Positions 20,145 through 29,327 of a stretch of DNA of 64,000 bases are shown one piece after another (position 1 is the stretch's first letter; every line of letters starts with the position of its first letter). The translations under genes and the position numbers were made by a program. Under the pieces are notes generated by a model. It searched no databases. It saw only the letters and a program-made list of their open reading frames with translations, and was not told the origin of the DNA. Location of the stretch: the IMG/VR virus record IMGVR_UViG_3300025401_000012. One strand, given 5' to 3'. The stretch is from a virus (taxonomy: Duplodnaviria; Caudoviricetes).

Positions 20145-21181
20145 TAAATTGCTCCCATTAGTAGTCGTCCTTGTATACTACCTAACGATACTAGTTGTGT
20201 GTTAAGGTTTGGCGCTGCGCTCAAAGTTAATTTATTGAAACGGCCAGTACCTGGTGTGATTGATCCAACTTTCATATTATCCATACCACCTACTACAGAT
20301 GCAGGTGCAATTTTTAAAATTCCAGCTCCTGATGGACTAATCCTTACAGCTGAATTATTTGAATTTAAATTAGCTTGTACGGTGGTTACTAGTGTGTTAA
20401 AACTGCCAGCAACTGCTGTATACTGTCCTATAACTACATTATCCGATGCCCCTGAACTGATAGTAGATGTTATGGATCCTGTAACAGATAGTCCTGGCAA
20501 GTTTGCTAGATTAAATGTAATAGTATTGTTTACTGGTGCTGAAACAATGCTTATAGTTTTATCAGTATTTGCAAAATTTACTGAATCTAAAATAAATTTA
20601 GCTGATAATGTTGTATTAACAGGAACAGCAATATTACCAATGTTGCTTAAAGTAACACCCCCAGAATCGCTAACTTGCATAAAACCATTGGTAAGATTAG
20701 AGTTGTTCCAATTAGCCAATACTCCATTTTCTCCGCCAGTATTGTTAGACTCGCCTGTTATTTTTGGGGGTGCTAGTTGAGTCAATCTTTCTGAATACGT
20801 AGCTTTCCATGTTAGATATACACCAGTCAACGGTGTTATATTATCTGTAGAATATAAAGGACTTACTAGTAAACTTACACTTGAAGTATTTACAGTAGTA
20901 CTAAATTGCACTAAATCTCTACCAGTATTTGTACGACCATAAACTGTTAAACTAGCTTGGTTAACTTTGGCCGTCACAATTACTGTTAATTTTTCAATAT
21001 CGTCGGGGCCGTACTCTACAGATATATCATATTCTGCTGTGGTAAAATCTCCCATGTACCATGTGTCCAATACTGTGTTGGGGTACACCGGCACCGTTTC
21101 TCCTCTAAAGGAAAAATTGGCTCTATTTTTAAACTTAATAGTATTGCGCAAGCCCTGGGTAAAATAATCGAAAAAATTCAT
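20144..21181 (-). CDS. Tail-fibre-like structural protein
   Basis: Same DN..(I/V)G..T...G.F repeats; CATAAATA at 21202-21209 upstream. Confidence 0.6.
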   Translation of the reverse strand: MNFFDYFTQGLRNTIKFKNRANFSFRGETVPVYPNTVLDTWYMGDFTTAEYDISVEYGPDDIEKLTVIVTAKVNQASLTVYGRTNTGRDLVQFSTTVNTSSVSLLVSPLYSTDNITPLTGVYLTWKATYSERLTQLAPPKITGESNNTGGENGVLANWNNSNLTNGFMQVSDSGGVTLSNIGNIAVPVNTTLSAKFILDSVNFANTDKTISIVSAPVNNTITFNLANLPGLSVTGSITSTISSGASDNVVIGQYTAVAGSFNTLVTTVQANLNSNNSAVRISPSGAGILKIAPASVVGGMDNMKVGSITPGTGRFNKLTLSAAPNLNTQLVSLGSIQGRLLMGAI

Positions 21182-21285
21182 GTAGACACCATAGTATCAT
21201 ATATTTATGGCTTTGTTACCAATTCCGTTGCAACCAACCGCTAAAATATGCTAAATTATAGCATACTATAATTATAGGAAGATTT

Positions 21286-22239
21286 ATGACCCAAAGAAAC
21301 AAAGCCTTTTTTATCAACGGTGGCGCAGGAAGAACAATTTGTGCTATCCCGGCTTTAGAAAAATATGCCGAAGAAGTAACTAAAGATTTTTTAATTGTAT
21401 GCGAAGGCGGAACCGATATGTTTAAAGGCCATCCGTTGCTATACAGCAAAGTATACGATCATTGGCACAAAAATTTGTTTGAGGAAAAGTTAATTCATAT
21501 GGACTTGGTCAGTCCTGAACCTTATAGAGCATGGGAATATTTTAATCAAAAATGTTCAATTGCACAGGCATTTGATATCATTATTAACAACAAAGGTATC
21601 AGAGATTTGCCAAGGCCCACATTACGTCTATCTAATGAGGAAATGTTAGTAGGACATCAAATTACATCTGAAGTTAGAGAAAAAACCAAAAAAGAAAAAG
21701 TTGTAGTTTTTCAACCGTTTGGTCGGGGAGTAATTTCGCAGAATAATGTAATCATGGATCCAGGCGGTCGTAGTTTTGAAGGGTCAAATACAATCAGCAT
21801 AGTTAAAAAACTACAGAAAAAAGGGTTTGCTGTAGTTCTCATGAGCGAAATTGGTATTGATTTTCAAAAACATGGTTGCAAAGATCCGGTTGCTATGCCA
21901 CAAAATGTTGATTTAAGAAAATGGGGCGGTATTATTGCCAATGCTGATTACTTTTTAGGGTGCGATAGTGTAGGACAGCATTTAGCCTATGCTGTTGATA
22001 AACCTGGGTCAGTAGTATTTGGTTCTACGTTTCCTACTAATGTATCATACCCAGACAATGAGAAATTTGATTTATTAGATATGGGCGATACTATTAGACA
22101 ATATAGCCCTATTAGAATTACTATGGATGATGTAGCAGATCGAGGTAATGATGGTATCATGCGTATGAATGAATTGCAAGAAGACGCTATTGTAGAATCT
22201 GTAATCAATGGTGTTAAAAAATGGGCCGATACTGAATAA
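21286..22239 (+). CDS. Glycosyltransferase, GT9 (heptosyltransferase-like GT-B fold)
   Basis: GGAGRTIC.IP, VVFQPFG, LRKWGGIIANADYFLGCDSVGQHLAYAVDKP.SVVFGST is the GT9 C-terminal signature (L..ADxFIGxDSGxxHLAxA...P.V.LFG). Confidence 0.8.
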   Translation: MTQRNKAFFINGGAGRTICAIPALEKYAEEVTKDFLIVCEGGTDMFKGHPLLYSKVYDHWHKNLFEEKLIHMDLVSPEPYRAWEYFNQKCSIAQAFDIIINNKGIRDLPRPTLRLSNEEMLVGHQITSEVREKTKKEKVVVFQPFGRGVISQNNVIMDPGGRSFEGSNTISIVKKLQKKGFAVVLMSEIGIDFQKHGCKDPVAMPQNVDLRKWGGIIANADYFLGCDSVGQHLAYAVDKPGSVVFGSTFPTNVSYPDNEKFDLLDMGDTIRQYSPIRITMDDVADRGNDGIMRMNELQEDAIVESVINGVKKWADTE

Positions 22240-22242
22240 ACT

Positions 22243-23163
22243 ATGGCAAGACTTTTTACATTTGGATGCAGTTATTCTAGTTATTGTTGGCCAAGCTATG
22301 CTAACTTGTTATCCTTAGAATATGATAATAAGTTAAATGGCAATTGGGCTATGTCAGGATTAGGTAATCGCGCCATAGTGGAACGACTAGCTGAAGCACA
22401 TTGTAAACATCAATTTACCAAAGATGACACAATCATAGTGCAATGGAGTTCACATATTAGGCACGATTGGTGGCATCAAACATCCTTACCTGATCGAACA
22501 ATAGGCTGGAAAACCTATGGTAGTATTTTCAATTATCACAATGTAAAATTGTTTGATAAAAACTGGGTAGATACTTTCTTTTTTGAACCTGCATATATGA
22601 TGCATACATTTAACAGTATCATGCTAGCACAGTCAATGCTTGACAGTATTGGATGCCAGTGGTTTATGACTAGCATCGGCGACATTAGAAATATGGGTAA
22701 CGATATTCGTCAGCATAATGACAAATACGGAGAACTTACAAATCTAGTTAAAAATGTCAATAAACCAGGATATGCTGTATATGCTATAACGCCAGAATTG
22801 GAAGTTTATAATAAACCTATATGGGAAGATCGAGCAGATAAATGGATTATGCCGCTAGAATTATTTGCACAAACTTGTTCTGAACTTACGTACAGTTTTA
22901 GAGATTCGAGAGGTACTCCATGGTTTGATTTACATCCTACCACTCGACAACACACTATGTGGATTGAACAAGAATTAAGTAAAAAGTTGCCAGTTTCTCA
23001 ACGTGTAATTGATAGCGGATACGAACTAGCCAACTATATAGATTTAATACATAGAAAATACATAACTAACTTTGATGCTTTTCAGTTCGCACTTACGAAA
23101 AAAGAAAAATTTCCAAAAATTGTAGAAGAAATGATTTGGCCAGGAATAACACAAGGATTTTAA
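22243..23163 (+). CDS. SGNH-hydrolase-like protein (putative acyl-esterase or transferase)
   Basis: LFTFGCSYS (block I), N.AMSGLGN (block II), IIVQWS, and a late D-L-H-P motif (FDLHPT). Confidence 0.55.
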   Translation: MARLFTFGCSYSSYCWPSYANLLSLEYDNKLNGNWAMSGLGNRAIVERLAEAHCKHQFTKDDTIIVQWSSHIRHDWWHQTSLPDRTIGWKTYGSIFNYHNVKLFDKNWVDTFFFEPAYMMHTFNSIMLAQSMLDSIGCQWFMTSIGDIRNMGNDIRQHNDKYGELTNLVKNVNKPGYAVYAITPELEVYNKPIWEDRADKWIMPLELFAQTCSELTYSFRDSRGTPWFDLHPTTRQHTMWIEQELSKKLPVSQRVIDSGYELANYIDLIHRKYITNFDAFQFALTKKEKFPKIVEEMIWPGITQGF

Positions 23164-23164
23164 T

Positions 23165-24979
23165 ATGAAAAATTTAAGAAAAGACATCTGGATTGCAGGT
23201 GTTGCAAGAGGACACAATAGCAGTGTATGTTTACTTAAAAACGGAGAAATTGTTTTTAGTATCGAAGAAGAAAGGCTAAGTCGAAGCAAATACGATGGCG
23301 GTCCATTTGCGGCTATGTTAAAGATTTTAGATTATACAGATAGACTAGATTATCTAGTAATTGCACATACACAAACACTAAGAGAAACTGCAGGTAGGGT
23401 AGATTTTAGTGGAGACGATATCTATACAGGTCTTGCTAGAAAGTTAGGGCTTATTAGTCGCAATGAAAATCCATATAATCATCCCCAAGTGTTAGATTAT
23501 AGTATACACCATCATAAATTGCATGCTGCATGTGCGTTTTATCGTTCAGGATTTGACGAAGCTGCAGCACTAATTGTCGACGGTGCTGGAACATTTATTC
23601 CACTTAATGTTTCGGGAGAAACTATTACAGGTTGGGAAACTGAAAGTATTTTTGATTGTTCGTATCCTGCATGGTTTGATACAGTATATAAACATATTGG
23701 TGTCCGAGGACCGATGCCTGGTGCGTATGTCAAAGAATTTGACAGCGCACAGTACGACGAAGTGGGCAGGACACATGAAGCATTTGTTACTGACAGAGCC
23801 GGTATTACTAAAGTGTACGAAGCTGTAACACAATATTGCGGATGGCAGTCGATTGAAGCAGGAAAAACTATGGGATTATTTCCGTATGGAAAACCTAATG
23901 ATGCTATTCCGACATTATTTGATAAAACCAGTATCGCTCCTGTTGCTAATAGAAACATAATAGTTCCTACATATCCTAACGGTGCATCAGTTAACTATAA
24001 TTTGTTTGAGTACTTACAAGATAAAGTAACAGACATGCCAGACGACGACGTAACTCTTAGAGATAATCGTAGAGATTTAGCCTATGCTTGTCAAACACAA
24101 ACACAAGAACAAGTGCTACGGTTAATTAGACTAGCTGTAGAAAAAACAGGTCATAAAAAAGTGGTTATTTCAGGCGGGTATGGATTAAATTGTGTTGCTA
24201 ATTATTACTATTTAGAACAATTAAAAGACGACGGTATTGAAATTTATGTAGAACCAATTAGCAATGATGCTGGAACTGCCATTGGTGCTGCTATATTGGC
24301 ATTTAAACGATATGGATATCCACACATGCCAATTGATTATACCAAGGATGGATTATATTTAGGATTTAAATATGATGTGGATTTTGATAGTCTGAACAGT
24401 ATAGTTCAACAGTACAATGCTGAAATTACAGATGCTACTGATAGCGATATTGTTGATTTATTAATGAATAAAAACATTGTATCCTTATATCAAGGACGTA
24501 GTGAAAACGGTCCTAGAGCGTTGGGAAATCGTAGTATTTTATTTAATCCGACATATGAAGATGGAAAAGACTATGTTAATAATATAAAACATAGAGAATA
24601 TTTCCGTCCATTTGCTGGTAGCATCTTACAAGAACATGTACATGAATGGTTTGATTTACGTGGTATGCAAGATAGTCCTTATATGATGTATGCTGTAAAT
24701 TGCCAACTAGGTATTGAAGAAAAAATTCCTGCTATTATTCACGTAGATGGTACATGTCGTATTCAAACAGTTACTGAAGAACAAAATAAACACTACTATA
24801 GTTTAATTAAAGCATTTTATGATAAAACAGGTATTCCTATTTTGTTCAATACTAGTTTTAACCTAGGTGGTGAACCATTAGTTGAAACTATTAAAGATGC
24901 TATACACACATTATCTAATAGTGAAATTGAATATCTGTATTTGCCAGAATATGGCAAATTGGTCAAAGTAGCTAATTAA
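23165..24979 (+). CDS. Carbamoyltransferase, NodU/CmcH family
   Basis: GHNSSVCL..NG.I...IEEERLSR.K, HH.LHAA.AFY.SGF, VDGAG, GKTMGL.PYG, SGG..LNCVAN, NDAGTAIGAA, GPRALGNRSIL, K.REYFRPFA, HVDGTCR.QTV, NTSFN..GEPLVET. Confidence 0.95.
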   Translation: MKNLRKDIWIAGVARGHNSSVCLLKNGEIVFSIEEERLSRSKYDGGPFAAMLKILDYTDRLDYLVIAHTQTLRETAGRVDFSGDDIYTGLARKLGLISRNENPYNHPQVLDYSIHHHKLHAACAFYRSGFDEAAALIVDGAGTFIPLNVSGETITGWETESIFDCSYPAWFDTVYKHIGVRGPMPGAYVKEFDSAQYDEVGRTHEAFVTDRAGITKVYEAVTQYCGWQSIEAGKTMGLFPYGKPNDAIPTLFDKTSIAPVANRNIIVPTYPNGASVNYNLFEYLQDKVTDMPDDDVTLRDNRRDLAYACQTQTQEQVLRLIRLAVEKTGHKKVVISGGYGLNCVANYYYLEQLKDDGIEIYVEPISNDAGTAIGAAILAFKRYGYPHMPIDYTKDGLYLGFKYDVDFDSLNSIVQQYNAEITDATDSDIVDLLMNKNIVSLYQGRSENGPRALGNRSILFNPTYEDGKDYVNNIKHREYFRPFAGSILQEHVHEWFDLRGMQDSPYMMYAVNCQLGIEEKIPAIIHVDGTCRIQTVTEEQNKHYYSLIKAFYDKTGIPILFNTSFNLGGEPLVETIKDAIHTLSNSEIEYLYLPEYGKLVKVAN

Positions 24980-25005
24980 AAAAAGGAGCGTTAAGCTCCT
25001 TTTTT
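24978..25005. terminator. Bidirectional intrinsic terminator
   Basis: AAAAAAAGGAGC-GTTAA-GCTCCTTTTTT between convergent operons. Confidence 0.85.
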
Positions 25006-25006
25006 A

Positions 25007-26293
25007 TTAATGCCCTTCTGGCTGTACCATACCAGAATTTGGATTTCTATCTGGTTCTGGTCTGTCATGACCTATTTTTGGTTCATCAGGTCTATCTGGA
25101 TGTATTGGTCCACTAATTTTATGTGATCCAGTAGTAGGCATACTTAAAAACTTAATTCCTTTATTGCCTTCTGTTGGTGTATTTTGTAATGGATCATCTA
25201 ATACTATTTGTTTTTTAGCTGAATCTATTGAAACAACTTCAGTTTTGTGATCGAACAAATCTGTTACTAAATGATCTTGCATATCTAAGCCCATGCCAAC
25301 TTCGATACCAGTTACATTGGTGACTTGAATAACTCTGTGTCCCTCAGTGTTGATAGGAGCAGGTGCTGTTAGATCTAAATCTACCCAAACATTTGATGTT
25401 GCTCCATGTAGTTGCGGCAATAATTTTAAATCTCGTTGATATAATACCCACTGATCCAAAATATCTGCTGGCATACTACTATCATGGTAATATACTTTGG
25501 CAAAATCTCCAATTGATCCGGTTGTAATAGCTACAGCTGGACCTCCTCTGCTAGTGGCCAGTTGGCATGCTGTTGTTGTTGGATTTCCAACAACATAAAA
25601 ATTAACTAGATTTAACGCTTCACCAGTAAGCCCATTAATTGAAATTGTAGTTGTACTATCTGCACCGTCGATCACTACAATAGCATCATCGGGAATTGGA
25701 TCCGGTTCTGCATCAAAATTAAGTGTTGTTGGACTACCATAAACTACATTTACTAGTCTAACAGGATTAGTTCTATGATTAGCATGATCTAGTACACTAT
25801 TTCTCCAGTGTCTTAAATCGTGCCAATCGCTGTGTGGTTGTTGCCATGGGAATGGTTCTACCCAAGTTTGTGTTGTAGGGTTATATTCTACAGCCATTCT
25901 ATTGTAAGCATGGTCTGGAGGCATATTATCATCGTGTGGGCGAGTGTATGTTGTACCGTCTGGTAATGTTTCTGTATGCTGAACTAGTGTTGCATAATCT
26001 ACTTTACCGATCGGGTCAACTAATAATTGTGCAACCAATGGATTAGCTGCGCAATCTAATTTTACTAGATACTCGTCTGGATGTACCGGAAAATCCTCTG
26101 GATCCCATTCGGCAATCATATAATCACCATGGTATGTATTGGTTGCTTTTTTCATACGCAACCATACAAAATCTGGACCATTATATGTCCATGTAGCTGT
26201 TTTACCTAAAACTCCAGTTTGTGCTAGATATTCATCTGGAATTGGGTAAGTAAATGTTACTGAAATTTGTTGTGTTATTCCTGTTTTTGGCAT
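25007..26293 (-). CDS. Tail-fibre assembly chaperone-like protein with inserted domains; paralog of 27843-28535
   Basis: Shares VTFTY..PD.YL.QT..L.KTATWTY.G, LPD.T.Y..P....PDH.Y, PW..PH..W.DL..WR.S.L with 27843; the second chaperone helix WVLYQRDLKLLP is displaced by an insertion. Confidence 0.6.
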   Translation of the reverse strand: MPKTGITQQISVTFTYPIPDEYLAQTGVLGKTATWTYNGPDFVWLRMKKATNTYHGDYMIAEWDPEDFPVHPDEYLVKLDCAANPLVAQLLVDPIGKVDYATLVQHTETLPDGTTYTRPHDDNMPPDHAYNRMAVEYNPTTQTWVEPFPWQQPHSDWHDLRHWRNSVLDHANHRTNPVRLVNVVYGSPTTLNFDAEPDPIPDDAIVVIDGADSTTTISINGLTGEALNLVNFYVVGNPTTTACQLATSRGGPAVAITTGSIGDFAKVYYHDSSMPADILDQWVLYQRDLKLLPQLHGATSNVWVDLDLTAPAPINTEGHRVIQVTNVTGIEVGMGLDMQDHLVTDLFDHKTEVVSIDSAKKQIVLDDPLQNTPTEGNKGIKFLSMPTTGSHKISGPIHPDRPDEPKIGHDRPEPDRNPNSGMVQPEGH

Positions 26294-26299
26294 TTTATT

Positions 26300-27058
26300 T
26301 TATCCGTAAGTTACCGAGACTAAGCCGCCACCGCCGTATTCACCACAGCAACAGTTATTAGCTGATCCAATTCCTGGTCTGCCACCGCCGCCTGGAAAGT
26401 ATGGTCCTGTGCCCCAACTTGTACATCCGCCCCATTGACATCCATGTGGTCCTGTCCATGGTCCTGATACTGTAGCTGGTGCTACTGCTGCAAATCCTTG
26501 AGCTTTTGCTCCACAGAATTGTGTTTGGAGTTCACCGCCACTATAACCTGGCATTGTGATATCGCCTCCGCATGCAGAACTTTGACAACAAATTACATTA
26601 CATCCTGTATAGCATGAAAAATATTGCCAACAAGTACTAATACTTTGGCAACCGCCTTGTGCGCAAAAATTACTTAATCCGTATCCGTTTACAAACGACA
26701 CATATCCTGGACAACCTGTACAATAAGGTGTTGAAAATGTTGTACTACCTGCACAAATTGTATAGCCTTGACCTGCTAATCCACCAGCTGTACCGGCACA
26801 CACTGATTTAACTGAATATGCTCCTGCGCCACCACCACTTCCAGACTGACAGCAACAACTTCCACCGCCGCCGCCGCCTCCACCCCAGATTTCAAATGTA
26901 ACCCATGTTGTACCTGCAGGTGCTGTCCAATAACAGCACTGACCGCCATTTTGACCGCTACAATAACTTCCGTTATAAACTAAAAATTCTGTAGGATAGT
27001 TGGTAGAATATACAGGTTGATTAACTGTAAATGCTATATTTGCTAAACTTGTTGCCAT
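26300..27058 (-). CDS. Cys/Gly-rich adhesin-like protein (paralog 3)
   Basis: WTAPAGTTWVTFEIWGGGGGG glycine-rich-domain motif; ends FPGGGG...GGGLVSVTYG; 24 Cys in 252 aa by manual count. Confidence 0.65.
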   Translation of the reverse strand: MATSLANIAFTVNQPVYSTNYPTEFLVYNGSYCSGQNGGQCCYWTAPAGTTWVTFEIWGGGGGGGGSCCCQSGSGGGAGAYSVKSVCAGTAGGLAGQGYTICAGSTTFSTPYCTGCPGYVSFVNGYGLSNFCAQGGCQSISTCWQYFSCYTGCNVICCQSSACGGDITMPGYSGGELQTQFCGAKAQGFAAVAPATVSGPWTGPHGCQWGGCTSWGTGPYFPGGGGRPGIGSANNCCCGEYGGGGLVSVTYG

Positions 27059-27073
27059 ATTATTCTATTCCGT

Positions 27074-27835
27074 TTATTTGTAAGTTATAATTACTAGGCC
27101 GCCAGCACCAAATGCACCACAATAACAGTTTCCACCGTTTGCAATAGCACTTGCGCCGCCACCGCCTGGGAATGTTGCGTAAGTATTATTCAAACTATTA
27201 TATCCGCTGTTGTTACTACAGCTATCTGTTTGCATACGTAACCCTGTTCCGATATAAGTTGGTTCAGCAACATAACCGTAACCATCCCATGCACAACCTG
27301 CGCCATTATGCATACCACCGTTGACTCCGCACAATGCAAAATCAACGTTACACACACCTGCTTGACAAACAAAACTTAAACAGTTACACCAGTTACCATA
27401 TGTTCCGCAACCAGTACATCCACCACCGCCGCCGCCTGCGCAGATATTTATTGCGTATGTTGAACCGCCTTGTACAAACGAAGTGTATCCACCAGCGCCG
27501 TTATTACAACATCCCCAACAACCAGAACTGGCTGCACACACTGTATACGATTCGCCTGGAACTACACGAGTTGTTTTTCTTCCGTAGGATCCGCTGGCGC
27601 CACTTTGCATTGGGCTCATGCAACAACAAGATGCGGCACCAGTGCCGCCACCGCCCCACATTTCAAATCTTACCCAACTCGCGTTAGCTGGAACTGTCCA
27701 CAAACAACATTGGCCGCCGTTGCTTACACTATTGATGCTTGTATTATAAACATAAATTGTATTTAAATAGTTGGTAGTACTGGCGTTAATAGTCCAACGA
27801 CTATCAGGAAAAAGCGACGATAATGAAGTTGCCAT
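27074..27835 (-). CDS. Cys/Gly-rich adhesin-like protein (paralog 2)
   Basis: WTVPANASWVRFEMWGGGG; ends FPGGGG...GAGGLVIITYK; 21 Cys in 253 aa. Confidence 0.65.
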   Translation of the reverse strand: MATSLSSLFPDSRWTINASTTNYLNTIYVYNTSINSVSNGGQCCLWTVPANASWVRFEMWGGGGTGAASCCCMSPMQSGASGSYGRKTTRVVPGESYTVCAASSGCWGCCNNGAGGYTSFVQGGSTYAINICAGGGGGGCTGCGTYGNWCNCLSFVCQAGVCNVDFALCGVNGGMHNGAGCAWDGYGYVAEPTYIGTGLRMQTDSCSNNSGYNSLNNTYATFPGGGGASAIANGGNCYCGAFGAGGLVIITYK

Positions 27836-27842
27836 TTAAATA

Positions 27843-28535
27843 TTACCCTTCTCTTGAATGGATTTTTGGATCTTGACCTAATGTCCACTTTCTTGGAGGC
27901 GATCCAGGCATTACTGGAAAACTAACTTTCCAAGGATCAACACCTTTAAATGTTTCTGGAAGATCACGTAATTTTTGACGATATTCTTCCCATGCCGCAC
28001 GATCTTGTGGCGCACATGTTCTAACGTTCATGTCTGAACTTGCTAGAGTACTATCACGCCATTTTTTCAAATCATCCCAAGTAACATGCGGTTTTTTCCA
28101 TGGAAGTGGTTTGACAAAATCTTGTGCAACTGGATCCCATGTAATTTCTGTTAATTCATATGTATGATCTGGAGGAGTTGGATCTGGATGACCATACCAA
28201 GTATTATCTGGTAATGCTTCTTCAGTATGTGGTAATTCACCATATACATAATCACTGTGTACCATGCTAGCTATCAACGGATTAACATTGGCATCGATGA
28301 ATATCTTGTACATATTTTCAGGAGTAGGTACATCTTCACCGTTATCACCTTCGTGGTGATGAAATTTACTTATGATCTTTCCTGTTGCCTTATCAGCATA
28401 TATCCATAATTTATCGTAACCACGATAAGTCCATGTAGCTGTTTTTTTCAAATTATTTGTTTGATACAAATACGCATCAGGAAGATCGTATGTAAACGTA
28501 ACTTCTATCATATTTAACTCTGGTGGATTTTCCAT
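27843..28535 (-). CDS. Tail-fibre assembly chaperone-like protein
   Basis: C-terminal KKWRDSTLASSD...AAWEEYRQKLRDLP...PW.V.FP fits the phage tail assembly chaperone pattern. Confidence 0.7.
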   Translation of the reverse strand: MENPPELNMIEVTFTYDLPDAYLYQTNNLKKTATWTYRGYDKLWIYADKATGKIISKFHHHEGDNGEDVPTPENMYKIFIDANVNPLIASMVHSDYVYGELPHTEEALPDNTWYGHPDPTPPDHTYELTEITWDPVAQDFVKPLPWKKPHVTWDDLKKWRDSTLASSDMNVRTCAPQDRAAWEEYRQKLRDLPETFKGVDPWKVSFPVMPGSPPRKWTLGQDPKIHSREG

Positions 28536-28547
28536 TTTTAACCTCTT

Positions 28548-29318
28548 TTAACCGTATGTAATAACTATTAGACCTGCACCGCCCCATTGACCCCAACAGC
28601 AGCCGCCAGCACATGCTTGACCTGAACTACCAGGACCGCCTGGAAATCCAATTTGTTGTTGTGCGTAATAGTAGCAACCTGCTACAGTCATTGGTTGAGC
28701 GCAACTACTACTTCCAAACATCGAGTTTGGTTGATATTTTAAACTTCCACTTTTCCATGGATAGTGTTCTTGCGTACAGAAATTGTTTTCATGATCGCCG
28801 TTGTTTTGAATATAACCCATGCATAAGTCGCCGCATAAATTACAGCAACACATAATTCCGCCACAACAGTTTCCGTAACAACTTTGGCCGCCCATGTGTC
28901 CACAATAAGTACAGCCGCCTGCGCCGCCTGCGCCGCAAGCCACAACTGTACCAGCACTATTGGTTACAAAACTAGGGAATCCGCAACCTGCATTGAAACA
29001 TTGACTACAACAACCGCTACCTGCAGCACAAATATTGTAGTAAGGACATATATTAGTAGAAACTGTTTTTTTAACGTATTGTCCTGAACCTGGAGCTTGT
29101 ACAGGGCCTTCACAACAACACGACCCAGCACCATCTCCGCCAGCACCCCACACTTCAAACTGAACATATTGTGTACCAGTTGGGCAAATCCAGCAACAAC
29201 AGCATCCGCCAGACTGAGTACCGACTCCAAAATACCCACCACAGACCATCTGTTGTCTAATTTTGTAGTAGGTTTTTGCGCCAGATATTAAATTTAAATT
29301 TACGAGTGATGTTGCCAT
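28548..29318 (-). CDS. Cys/Gly-rich adhesin-like protein (paralog 1)
   Basis: WICPTGTQYVQFEVWGAGG; ends FPGGPG...GGAGLIVITYG; 32 Cys in 256 aa. Confidence 0.65.
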   Translation of the reverse strand: MATSLVNLNLISGAKTYYKIRQQMVCGGYFGVGTQSGGCCCCWICPTGTQYVQFEVWGAGGDGAGSCCCEGPVQAPGSGQYVKKTVSTNICPYYNICAAGSGCCSQCFNAGCGFPSFVTNSAGTVVACGAGGAGGCTYCGHMGGQSCYGNCCGGIMCCCNLCGDLCMGYIQNNGDHENNFCTQEHYPWKSGSLKYQPNSMFGSSSCAQPMTVAGCYYYAQQQIGFPGGPGSSGQACAGGCCWGQWGGAGLIVITYG

Positions 29319-29327
29319 ATTTTACTC

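Noticed and set aside
26300-29318. Diversity-generating retroelement or invertible cassette acting on the adhesin array
   Set aside because: No reverse transcriptase, template/variable repeat pair, recombinase or flanking inverted repeats seen in the window.
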